From: Utricularia gibba
Taxonomy: Eukaryota > Plantae > Magnoliophyta
Assembly (NCBI GenBank): GCA_002189035.1
Contig: NEEC01000007.1
Span: 682,001-746,000 of the forward strand
Direction: 5' to 3'
DNA length: 64,000 nucleotides
The position numbers were made by a program, and so were the translations under genes. Below, piece after piece: positions 26,627-38,547 of the stretch (the stretch's first letter is position 1; each line of letters starts with the position of its first letter). Under the pieces are notes generated by a model. It worked only from the letters and a program-made list of their open reading frames with translations, was not told where the DNA came from and made no database searches.

Positions 26627-26924
26627 TCCGCCGGGTGAGAGCGACGAAGGCAGCGGGGGACCGGTAGCGCGTGAGCCGATCAACGAAGGAGAGCCGACCC
26701 GAGCCAAAGAACGAGCAGTACAATAACGCCCGCTGTACACTAGGGTTCTTCGCCCTCCATTTTTTGTTTTTTTTTTTTTTTTTTTTTTTTGTAATTAATG
26801 AAATAGTTCCCCTTTTTTGTTATCATATTCATTATTATATTAATATTATAACACACACAAAATTCAAATTCAAATGCCAATATTAAAAAAAAGATATTGA
26901 ATCGTTCACGGGCCTATTTCATCA

Positions 26925-26973
26925 TGGGCCCTCGCCTCTGATTCTTGATGCCGATCAAGCCCACTAAAGCCCA
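26925..26973. promoter_or_regulatory. Site II cluster of the CBP80 promoter
   Basis: TGGGCC at 26925 and AGCCCA at 26958 and 26968, about 300-350 bp upstream of the CBP80 ATG. Confidence 0.5.
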
Positions 26974-27581
26974 TATTCACAAACTAATTTACTTTTTTCA
27001 TTCAAAAGCATAAATTTTGACATGTTTTTTATATTTTAAAAAAATCATAGAATCTCATCTTCTACCTTATTAGAACCATTTTTCCTTCGAATTGCAAATT
27101 AATATATTTTTTTTTCCAAACAAAAAGATAATATTAAATTATGTGCATCTAATGAGTGTTGGTGACCTGGTGCGATCGTGGCAAACATTTCTACAATAGT
27201 CACCTAATTCTAACCACTCCAATAAATGACTCGAAAAGGAAATTCAAGCAATTAATTTCCTCGACCGTGTGCAACTGTAGCAAAGCCAACTTGCTTGCTA
27301 TATACATCAATTATTGCACAATATTTTTCAAAAAAAAACCACATGAAAAAACCATATCATATGACCAGTAAAGAGCATTACCGTTTATGCTGTCTTAAAT
27401 AGGGTTTCCTCCCACGTCCCATTGCGTCCGTTATAATATTTGCATGTGGAGTCGGATTCCGTTTATAAAATTCTTGCATAACTCGTCTGTGTCAAAAGTT
27501 CTGATGATTTTTCAATGCATGAAAGGTTGCCACTTGTCTATCTTCCCTGTTTTGTTCCATATTCGATCATCTGGTACGCGA

Positions 27582-28380
27582 TCAGAAAGAAGATACACAC
27601 AGAGGGCTGTGTTTCATGGGATGGAGTTGAAGCTCTACGTCCTTCTTCATTGAAAACTCTGTGGGGTTCCTTGTCATCAAGTCTGCAGTTCAACCACTCT
27701 ATCAAGAGTTACACCAAACACCCTTTAGTTCCACATTTGCCTGCCTCCTTCTGATGTTGAGAAATCTGCCTCACCACACGCAAGCATTAGAGCCTTTCGG
27801 GATCGGATTTGCACCATCCCTAAGACTTTTGGGTTTGGATGATACTTTGAAAATCAAATCTGATCTAATAAATTAAACTTTATGCAACTCATTCTCAAAC
27901 CCATCATGATTAAAGTAGTCACATCAGATAAACTATCTGAAATGTATTTTAATTAGCAATTCGGAATTCCACACATGCTCTTCAATACTAAATTTCCAAT
28001 ACATACATCTATCAGTTCACTTCTTAAAACTCATACCACAAAGGCACAAACCCTGGTTTTCCGACATGAGACGCCACCCCGGGTGGCGATCAGAACCAGG
28101 GTGGTTCGGGAAACCAGCCAAAGGGTCTCCTGCGGCGGAGAAGAGAAGGTGGGGAGTAGGTAAAAATGGTTGAGGTGTGGGGGCAATGAAGAAGGTCCGA
28201 GGCGTTGGAAGTTCGGAGGTTAGGCAGGCAGCAGTTAATACTCAGGAACGCGATTTAATTCCAACTAAGAATTAAAAGCACACCCTCTCTTCTCATTAAT
28301 TCATTACAGAAGGAGAGTCTTCTTCCTCTTGGGTGCGCATTTATTCCCTCATTAATTCCACCCAAAATTGAAAAATCCAT
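27582..28380 (-). other. Candidate 4-exon orphan ORF (106 aa)
   Basis: Exons 28380-28284, 28129-28052, 27819-27775 and 27682-27582 join in phase 1 through GT-AG introns without stops. No family was recognised, and the model was assembled by eye. Confidence 0.2.
28168..28351 (-). ncRNA. Degenerate MIR165/166-like foldback (or target-mimic site on the + strand)
   Basis: Minus-strand 21-mer TCGGACCTTCTTCATTGCCCC (28200-28180) versus miR166 TCGGACCAGGCTTCATTCCCC, with precursor-like flanks CCTCAACC downstream and TGAGGGAAT...GAGG about 120 nt upstream. Confidence 0.35.
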
Positions 28381-29542
28381 CTCACCTTTCTCCATTTTAT
28401 TTCATTATCTCTTCCATGATTATAATTATTATCGTCCCTTAAATTACAAGACCTGTCTCCTTGATTGCACTCCTTTAAAACAAATTTTCCATAACCACGT
28501 TTAAATATTTAATTCTCACAATTTTATATTTTTTACTTTTGTTGAAAACACATCATATAAGAATAGGAGTATCTTTGTATTTAAATACGTTCTCTTATTC
28601 GTCCCTAATTGGATATGGTTACAAGACCCCTGAACTATTTTTTTAAAATTGAAATAATACTTAATTTCTCGTATTTATGGTGTGAAATATTTTTTTAAGA
28701 ATGTGAATATAATTCTTTTTATTTATTGCGGGGGTGTGCATTCAATATTTATACACGCAGAGGCCACGGCATGCGGTAACATTCATCTTCATGCCTTAAT
28801 TCTGGGAAAATGGGACAATAGCAATACGAATGCAGTATCATAAAGTATAACTGAATTAATTAATATTAAAATCTTTTATTTTTTTTCCATGGTCGCTTAT
28901 CAGTCCAATCTTCATAAATACACCGAAAACACACTGAACCTGCATCCATTCATTAGGTGGGTGATGTTCGTGGCATACCAAAAATGCATGCCTAAATCAA
29001 GCATGAAATGCGCAATATTATAAATAATATTAGAAATAAAAATGATTTATTTATTAGAACCAAAAAAATTTAAAATTAAAATAGTTAAATAAATACGATA
29101 ATTGTAGATCATTAGTAATCAATTAAATTTAATATTTTCTAATATAATGAATGTTTACTATTTCACGTTTTCTTGTCTCCCATGGTATACTTAATTTTAA
29201 TATTATTTGGGTATTTGGCGAATGTAATTAATTGGTGAAATCCAAGTTGTAAGAAAATTGCCAAAAATGTTAGCCGTCGTGCACTATTTTTGACTGAGGA
29301 GTGTCAGCTTGGGTAAAAAGTACCCAAATATTAGCGAGGTTTTATATTGGAATTTAATAGCTTTTAAAAAAAACATGGATTTTTCAATATTACCCAAATT
29401 TGCTTCGATTCTCTAATAAATTCCCCTGTCCTGCATGTATATATATGTACATAACACAGTTTCTCTTCATCCCCCTGCCTCTCTCTCTGGGCAATCAATC
29501 TCCTCTCTGCTTTTTGTTTCACTCTCGCCGGCTATTTTTCCG

Positions 29543-30512
29543 ATGGCTGCGGATGTAAGCTCTATCGTGCGGCTAATGAACGCCGTTGATGCGAATGAGT
29601 CGGCGAAGTCCACGACGGCTCCGATTACCCGCGACCTTCTCGGTGGTGGGTGCACGCTTGATTCGCAGGAGCTCGACCTGGATTTGCAGGTTCCCTGTGG
29701 ATGGGAGAAACGTCTCGATTTGAAGGTAATCAATCTTTTGGATTCTTCGAGACCTAGCGAACGAGTGATTGGATTGGAAAATAGAAATCGAAATCGAAAT
29801 CGAAATCGAATCGGGAGTTGCTGTATTTTGGAGTATGATTTAGGGTTGGTTAATTTCTGGAGAGCGTGAAACGATTAAATGGTAGTGTGTATTCATGATT
29901 GCGCCTTAAACCTTTCGGTTTCCACTGTGGAATGATTTGGTTGAATGCAGTTTGTGTTTGATTACTTGTACGGGTAACCGTAATCATGGATTGGTAGTGA
30001 TCGGTATTCCCCTGTTTTTGGTTTTGCAGTCTGGAAAAGTTTATCTTCAGAGATGCTGTAATCCAACAGCCAAATTCCAGGACCTGAACTTCCCCCCCAC
30101 CTCAAGTAAACCAACGCTGAACCTCTTCAACGAGTCCAGCCTCGATCTGAAGCTCCAGTCTTCGGTTTCCCCGCCGCCCTCGTCCAATTACCAGAGCGTC
30201 TGCACTCTGGACAAAGTGAAATCGGCTCTGGAGAGGGCGGAGAGGAAGAATTTAGGGAAGCGAGCGGCGTCCTCGAGATCACCCTCACCCTTGGGATCAA
30301 ACTCGTCGTCCTCTCTGGGCAGCGGAGACGCGGAAGAGGACGAGGAGGAGAAGCTGACATCACCGGCGTCCCTCGCCGCCGGGTGCCCGAGCTGCCTGAT
30401 GTACGTCCTAGTTTCCAAGAGCAAACCCAGATGTCCACGCTGCCACAACCAAGTGCCCATCCCGGCGGCGGCCGTTAAAAAACCTCGTATAGATCTCAAC
30501 ATATCCATTTGA
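29543..30512 (+). CDS. WW-like plus GIR1-type zinc-ribbon protein (At1g16500/At1g79160-like, uncharacterised), 2 exons
   Basis: Exons 29543-29725 and 30030-30512. Motifs ITRDLLGG, ELDLDLQVPCGWEKRLDLKSGKVYLQ, YQSVCTLDKVKSALERAE, GCPSCLMYV...CPRC and KKPRIDLN. Confidence 0.85.
29785..29810. repeat. (GAAATC)n microsatellite in intron
   Basis: About four GAAATC units are seen directly. Confidence 0.8.
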
Positions 30513-31391
30513 AACCTCCGATGGGTCATTTGTAAGATCGCAACACCTCTTCCCTCCCACCGTTCCTCCCTGTGTAAAAAACATATTGGAATAGGTACAA
30601 GACGAACAATTTCTTTATTTTTCGGGGTTCAAACAGAAAAGGCCAAAAGGGTAATATTGGGAAGCGGAGGGGTGTACTTTGAAATATTTATGATATTTCG
30701 TAATAATGGAGTAGTGTAAGGTGTTTAATAATACGGGGATGTTCAGATCATCAATAAAGGCTATTTATACCAATTTAATGACCAGATCTTCACCACTGAT
30801 CCTATTTCTAGTGGGGAGCAAATTGCCAAATTTGCAATCCAGTCCTCCAAAACAGGGCTTTTTGCGGTCAAAGATACTGGCACCCCCCTCTGTGCACAGA
30901 AAATGCAATTTATGCATCCTCACAGGGCCACAAAGTGAATAAAATAGCTTACCCTCCAGGAGAAAAATTGCATAGAAGACCAGGAGTGGGGATGTAAATA
31001 TAATTATATCTTTAAAACAGTGATGAATTTTAATCTTAAATACGATAGAAATATAATGATATCTCCAAAAATGATAATGATTTTCATTAACAACAACATA
31101 CCGTTTCAAAACTCATGCTTCAAAAAAGAAAAAAATTTGAATCGCTCCAATTTCTGGATTGAATTTGAATTCCTTGAAAGTAATTTTTTTTAGAAAAATC
31201 ATAAATTGAGTTTTTTTTTTGATCATTTAAAATAAGATAAAACAGGTATGACACCAGACTAGTTGAAAGGGGAGTAGGAGGGGAAAATGAATGCTGGTTT
31301 TTGTGCCTTAAAAATGCATTTAGTGAAGGCTACTGGATCGTTATTTTTGTTCACACACCCAACCATTAATAAATAATAAATAATAATAATC

Positions 31392-32066
31392 ATGGCCATA
31401 AATGAGACCTTTATTGCTTCCTTCCTAACCCCGCTTCCATTACACCCAACGGCCTCTTAATCAATGCCCCCCGCTCCCCTCGCCTCCGTTTCCTTCCACC
31501 TTCTTTATTGCTCGCATTCCTCGCCGTATACGTAGCCGCCGCTCATTTAGTTGACTGGTTTTCCGGCCCACCGGAACCGGAATCTCATCGGGTCGACTCG
31601 TCGGGAATTACTACGGATTTTAGAGAAATGCCGACCATGCAGATGCATTGGTTCACCGTACTTTTCTTGTCTTTAATATGGAGTCAGCCGGTTTTATTGT
31701 TTGGACTGGGACTTGCCTCCTCTTGTCTTTATTCAAATTTATTCTCATACGCCCGGTGAGTAACTCAAACAGACCAAAACCCAGAGAGATTCTACGGCTT
31801 CCCCAACAAAGAACACATTCTAAACCGGTGTGTAACAAGCAGTATACGAGGAATCTGCATCTGGGATTGGTGAATTGCCGGCGATCCATGTGGAGGATCT
31901 GTGTTTCCAACTGGAGGACGCGGCTGCTGCGGAACGGTCAAGGAGTCATGTCAGCGACTGGGCAGGGCTACGGGGTCCGGCGTTCTTCCCAGTTTTTGAC
32001 CCAGCAGAAGAGGAATGCAGACACCAGGAATTAAATGCGAATAACAGTATTCAAAGACGACGATAA
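31392..32066 (+). other. Unassigned putative membrane-protein gene or relic
   Basis: GC-rich coding-like island with two hydrophobic segments (LLLAFLAVYVAAAHLVDWF; WFTVLFLSLIWSQPVLLFGLGLA) and a clean CG|GTGAGT...CAG intron (about 31756-31842). The reading frame across the intron is unresolved. Confidence 0.3.
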
Positions 32067-34630
32067 CAGTCCAAGAGACCCGGGGTGTATTACAACACCC
32101 TATTTATTGCTTGCAACAGAGATGGGTTCGTCAAAATATGCCCCGACCGACCCACGCTTCTTCATCCATCATAACCCCGAAAGGTGAATGTAACTTAAAT
32201 TACGATATCTTACATTCGATAATATAACGTAAAATCGTAAGGATTAGATGTATATTACGAACCCGAGTTTCCAACCATATGTTGTTTTAGGTGACCTAAA
32301 TTGGTCGCCATTAAAATGGTTGGACAGGGGTACATGCATTGGTATCTCGATACATAACGATATTAAAGACGACATATATCCATTTTTTTTGCTATATAAA
32401 AGAAATTAGATTTTTGAAAGCGTGGAAGGAGGACACGTGTCGGACGAAATGAAGGGGTCCACAGAAGGGAGCTGTTATCAATCATGTCCAAGAATTAATC
32501 GTGGCTAAAGCGACATATGCCTACTTTCAGGTTAAATGGTTGCCTGGGGAAACGCGACTTTTGTTTTTCTACGATTTCTATATCTAGTGCTGGAAAACGT
32601 GAATTTAATGGTAACGTAAACAATTTTAATTCCTCCTTTAACAAAATAAAATATATATTAATTCCTGAAAGCTTAGTTTTTCAATTCAAGAGAGGTGCCC
32701 TTTCATCCATTACCTATTTAGAAGATGTTATGCAAACTTATTACCAGTTATATTTGTAAAGTTAAGAACATTGTAACGTTATTTCACATTAGTTATGCAC
32801 GAAAGATACTATATACTTAAATAGATTGATTCTATTAATATTGTATGAAATATTTTTTTTGTAAAGAATAATAAAAAACCACAAATTTTAAATATTCGAA
32901 ACGTATAATACCATGTAAAAATAAAATGAGTCATTACAATACCAATATTGTTCGTTTTAGATTTGATCAAAATACGAAATAGGCGTGTTATATGGAGGAT
33001 GACATTGTCATCATATAATAACCCTTCCCGAGTTGCTGTGTGTGTATGACAAGGGTTTTAATTACAAGACGAAGACAGTCGCAGGTATATCCATGCAGTT
33101 TGGTTGTCGGGAAGCTTTCGGTTCATGCATAATGGAAGAGTGAGTGATAAACACCAAAATAAAAAGTATTAAAAATTAAATAAAATAATATACTTGCAAG
33201 CTGCCATAAATGTATCGATAGCCAACTTCAACTACACTTCTTAAGTACCTGCGCATGCCATAGACGTCGACGTTTCAGGGATGTAGATATATTATTATTA
33301 TTATTATTTAATTATTTATTGTTATATTTTCATGCAAATAAATTAATCACCACTTTATTATTATTTTTTAAAAAATTGACGAAGTCAAGTAATCCAACTC
33401 TTTTGGGTATAAAACGGAAAGGGTAACCGGTGTTTGGGCCATTGGGGGTAATATGGGCCGGAAGCCCATAAACGGAATTTGTTAGGCGGCTCATTAATCT
33501 TCATTCGAAAGTACTGTTAACGGCATCCGAGAATATTTAGAATTTCGGGTTTAATTCAAAAAAGGAAAAAATGACCAAAATTTGAGTAAATTTACAAAAG
33601 AATTGAAAATGGTTGGTTCAGATCTTCTATAAGATGAAATAAAAAAACAGTGATATTTGATAAGGAGGAAGGGGAATGTGGGCGACACGGCATACGTGTC
33701 CCCGACCTGCGTGTCCCCCGTATCACCCAACCGCAGTTTGGCGACGTCCGGTTTTTTCCTCCGGCAGAATCCGTGGTCGGTATTGGGGAAAGTCCCCACA
33801 TGACACGACGGATACGATTGCGCTGCCTGCGAACAAAGAGGAGGAACTGATCGGACAGTGGAGAAACGGCTGCGTAGCTAAAAACTAAATGAATGGCGAT
33901 GGCGTCGTCTAGCAATAGATGGTTGTGTTTCAATTGGAGGATGTGTGGCCGAGGAGGCGCACGTTAGATATAGTGGATCCATGATTAAAATAATGGATTG
34001 AAAAGATTATGATATTTTTTTAGTTGGAAAACAACTTCGAATTCATTTTAATTTAAATAAAGATTTATCGATACTCACATGCACAACATACGAATTGTCT
34101 TTAAAATATGACATATTGCGTATTGATAAAAAGGTTGAATTAGGGATTCCATGTATTCACATAGCCACAAACATATATGCTGATTAAATTTGAACTCATA
34201 ATCTATGGTGATTATGTACTTTAATAAGTATGCAATTTATACAAACATACTAATGATTACTTAGTTACAATCATTGTTTTAAAATTGAGTGCAACTTATT
34301 TTTAGACTTCTTTATATTTTTGGAGTTTACATAGATTTTTAAAACATAGATCAAAAGAATGAAGAATTTGAAAATAAAATAATAAAAGAAATTAAATTTT
34401 AAATTCAGATTCATTCAATAGCAAAATGAATTCATAAACTTAGTCATATAATAATCGTATTAATGCGAATATTTAAATTTATTGAGGCAATGAATGTATT
34501 TGTATTAAGAAGCTCATCTGAATCTATTTTCGAATATTGAAAATCAAATTCCATGTACTTAACTCTGTCTTCAATTCGAGCCATGTATTTATGTATTATT
34601 CCACATGAAGAATTACTACGCGCCACGCCG

Positions 34631-34978
34631 TCAGAATCCATCGGAAATGGACCGGATCACCCCCTCCGCTCCCGTCCCGCCGGCGCGGAGCGTCTCCAGG
34701 ACGCGCTCAAACACGCTGACTCGACAGGGAATCCGCAACCCGCCCCGTTGTCCGTACCCGTACTCCGCCGCCGAACTTTTCAGCAGCTCCGCGAAGATGG
34801 GATGGTTCAGGATATCCGTACTTACCACGAACCGCTCCATTTCCTCTCCTACGTACACCGGAACGTGTCCTTCCGGCACGGCGGCGTGTCGCTTCCCGGA
34901 AGCATCCGATTCCACCCCCAACTTTACGTACTGATACGAATCCGAGACTTTCGACAGCCTCCTCGCCAGCTTCTTCAT
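34631..34978 (-). CDS. SAUR: Small auxin-up RNA protein (SAUR40/41/71/72 clade), intronless
   Basis: VPEGHVPVYVGEEMERFVV...LNHPIF..LL..SA.EYGY.Q.GGLRIPC. TATA-like element at 35051-35060. Confidence 0.95.
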   Translation of the reverse strand: MKKLARRLSKVSDSYQYVKLGVESDASGKRHAAVPEGHVPVYVGEEMERFVVSTDILNHPIFAELLKSSAAEYGYGQRGGLRIPCRVSVFERVLETLRAGGTGAEGVIRSISDGF

Positions 34979-35068
34979 TTCCCCCCAAACCCAGAAATCG
35001 AAATCAGCAATCCGTTTCGTTTGTCGGAGTGACCCTGAAACACGATCAAGTATATAAATAAAAGCAGA

Positions 35069-35093
35069 GGGGGTGGGGGGGGGGGGGCGGGGG
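35069..35093. repeat. G-tract G5-T-G13-C-G5 directly upstream of the SAUR TATA box
   Basis: Seen directly. G-quadruplex-compatible. Confidence 0.8.
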
Positions 35094-37348
35094 TCAGAGT
35101 GACGGTACGGACAAACAAGGCTTAATAATTTAGCCAAGGGGGGAGGAAGGTACATGAGGGTACCTAATAAATACAATTTTACACATTTACCCACTCGTAA
35201 CCGTTAAAATAAAGAAAATCTGTAAAAAAAAAAAACTATTTTAATATTACTTTTTTACCAAAAAATTATGCAATTTTCCCCAAATTAAATCTTGGATTAA
35301 TGAAATTAATTGTGTAAGGTTTAATTATTATTAATATTATTATGAAATTTTGAAGTCGTGGCAGTAGTTGTGGAGTTGAAAAACATGCCCAAGTAAACTT
35401 GACTGGCGACTGGTGTCGTTTTTTTCTCTAACTAATCTCCCCAAACTTGGAAATTCACTAAACCAATTTTTAAAAAAATTAAAATATCTTAAATAAATAT
35501 TAATTACTTGTACGGTATTCATTTAATGAGAAAGTGAAAAAAAAATTTCCTGGTAATAGTGAGTCAGCGGTCACGGTCCCCTTGTTCCCCATGCATAAAT
35601 GGTAATTAAAGATGTCTTTTATATTTGGAGAGTCCAATTAATAAGGTAATTGGCATGTTTCAATTCTAAGGTGTAGCATGTGATCCATCCAAATAAATGA
35701 ATTAAAACTATGTACTATGAGGCTCCTTTCAATATCAACTCACCTAAACACTTACTACATTCGATGCGATATATTAATAAAGAGCTTCGAAATGGTATGT
35801 TGTGAAAAAAGATATGTCAAAAAATATATGATATACTTTGGAGCAAGGGACGACTGTATAAGCACACCAACATATTTATGATGAATATAAATCTGCAATA
35901 GGAGGAGCAACGGCCATTGAAAGATGGTATTGAATGGTAGGGTATAGTGTCACGACACCGTGTCCGGTGGATGGTGGGTACGGGTGAGGACACGGGCACC
36001 ACCACGGCATTATGATGAATATGATAAAAGGGTAGGTTCGTTTATTTCTTTTGTTTCCATGTCTGAAAAATACAAAATACCAAACGCATACTAAGAATAA
36101 AATTCGAATGGCATTCATTGATTTAGATCAACTTGTGTTTTCTTACATGGTTTAATAAAGTTCTTCTCTAAAACAACAACATGAGAATGGAAAGAATGAT
36201 TCGAATAAGTTAAAGAAATGAAACACAAGGGCCTGGAACATGTCCCCCCTAATCATTCTCATTGCCTATCAAGTCCAAATAGGAACCACGAGGCTCGGAT
36301 TTTGGTACGGTTTTTCCATTCCAGACCCCCACCCGTGTCCAACAACGAGCACCGGACCGAGCCAATGAGCCTTGTCGTTTGGTTCGGGGCGACACGACAA
36401 ATCCCGTTAGTCTGGTTGGGTGGGCAACTGCAATCAAATCATCATGCAGGATTCAGACAAGGCAGGTGGGCCATTGGGCCCTGCCGTGTATGGGCTTCTG
36501 ACCCAATGAAGAGAACAGGCCCATCGTCTCTTTTTTAGTGTTGGAAATGCCTGGAATCAGACTTGTCAGCACACTTCACTGGGGGCAATGGATTCCCTGA
36601 CGAGATCCCATTTGTCCGCCGGCTTTGTTCTCAGCAGATGCTCATCAATCCAGTTGTAAGAACATCATGCATAAGCTGTCAATGTTCTTCCTCATTAAAT
36701 ATTAAAAACCACATCTTGACCCAGCCAGGTACATTCCTGAACTACGTGTTTTGGGTATCCCACTGTCTAGAAAGAAGATGCTTTTTTACTGTTCCATTCA
36801 TTTTTTATTCCAAATGCAGATCATCTTCAGAAAGTCGTTGGGATTTTTTATTTTAATTCGCTCATACTCTGCATCTAACTCAAGAACTACTAGAATAAAA
36901 AATTCTATATCGAAATTTGAAAATGAAATAAAAAATTATATAAAAAATTATAAATCAATAGTAATTTATTTATTATATACTTGAAATAATGATAGAGATA
37001 TAAATCTGTGTGTTGATTGTACTTGTTCCCCTGGAAGATGTTTTTGGCCCCAAGGAACAACCCATCACTTCACTTTATTGTATTACAAGATGCAGACGAC
37101 GAAGATCACATTTCGGACCCTGAACAAAGCTGCTGATACAACCCTTTGATTCTCTCACAAACTACGTGTACATCACTTCTCACCAACACAAATCTTAATA
37201 CTTTGGATTTGATTCCCCTTCTCGCTTGGGGAATGAAATATTTAAAAAGGGAATATTTTGCAACCTATAAGTAGCGAGCAACCTCGAGCAATCTTCTTGA
37301 GCTACGAGAACAAACCTTTCCAGCATCTTTCATCGTTTTTTCCCAAAA

Positions 37349-38547
37349 ATGGACGTCCCAATGCCCCTCCACTTTCTCTCCAACAACATCGGCCTCTCCG
37401 GCGGGGTTCTCCGTCGTCCAACTCCGGTGGGGGTGGAAGAAATATCACCCCACATGTACAACAATTTCCATGGTTCAGGAACGTGGTACTCCCCGATCTC
37501 CTACGATGACGCATACTCATCTCCATCGGATCCCACATTCTCCTCCGAACATGTTGTGTTCCCGAAATATGTGGAAAACGAGTCCCGGTGTCGTGATTTT
37601 GACAAACAGTACAGCAATCTGGGGCTTGAGCCTGGAGAAGCAGAGTGGAATAGTTTGTTAGTCCCAAACCCTTGGCCTGATTACTGTCCTACGGCAGCTG
37701 AGTACTGATTTTCATCCATTTTTTTTCTCTCCCAAGACACCATAATTCATGTAGTTCATGGTTTGGCGCATCATCTCTGGAGCTTTTATATGAGATTACG
37801 GCTTGCTTTCAGGCTGGAAACAACACAGCACTGAAAATCGACGATTCGGAGACGAAAGTCCGACGATACTCCGCCGCAGAGCGCAAGGATAAAATCCTCC
37901 GATACTTGCAGAAGAGAAACCAGAGAAATTTCAATAAGACCATCAAGGTACACCTACGTCTACTTAGACATAAAATCTCACCACCAAGTGTGTTTTCTTC
38001 ACAAATTCAATTTCTTATTTTTCATTTTCAAAAATAAAAATTAATGATTTTATAAAACATAAAGTATTTATATTTCTATATAAATATATACAATTTTTTC
38101 TATTTTTATAAATGTATATAACTTATTTCTGAAAATAATTAATTTACTTTTTATTTTTCATTCTCGTTTTTCAAAAACTTATTTCCAGAATATATTCCTA
38201 TTGCACATATACTCCATCAAACAAAAATTTGTGTTTCAAATCATTAGATTTAACTCCGGTTGTTGCAGTACGCATGCCGGAAAACCCTAGCAGACAAACG
38301 TGTCCGAATCCGAGGAAGGTTCGCGAAAAACCAAGATGACAATCCGGACGACATGGATCCCCTCTCTCAGGTTCGGCGTTCATGTCTTGATTTCTTCCAC
38401 CGACCACTCGTGCACTGATATGCGACGGTCGTCTCGTCGACGTGATGCATGCGCTATTTGCAGATGCGAGATGGCGAAGACGAGGATGATGGGTTGCTCC
38501 AAGCCGCCATTGCCAATTTTGTGCACTTCCCTTACACCACCACCTGA
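37349..38547 (+). CDS. CCT-motif family protein (single CCT domain, no B-box)
   Basis: RRYSAAERKDKILRYLQKRNQRNFNKTIK|YACRKTLADKRVRIRGRFAKN and C-terminal LLQAAIANFVHFPY after intron 38371-38463. The first splice junction is unresolved. Confidence 0.88.

Noticed and set aside
27444-27876. Plus-strand ORFs as a LINE reverse-transcriptase remnant
   Set aside because: Only a vague LPLVYL resemblance. The other RT and zinc-finger motifs are absent.
28048-28054. AAACCCT in the hairpin as a telomerase RNA template
   Set aside because: It covers a single repeat only, and no convincing USE plus TATA Pol III promoter lies upstream.
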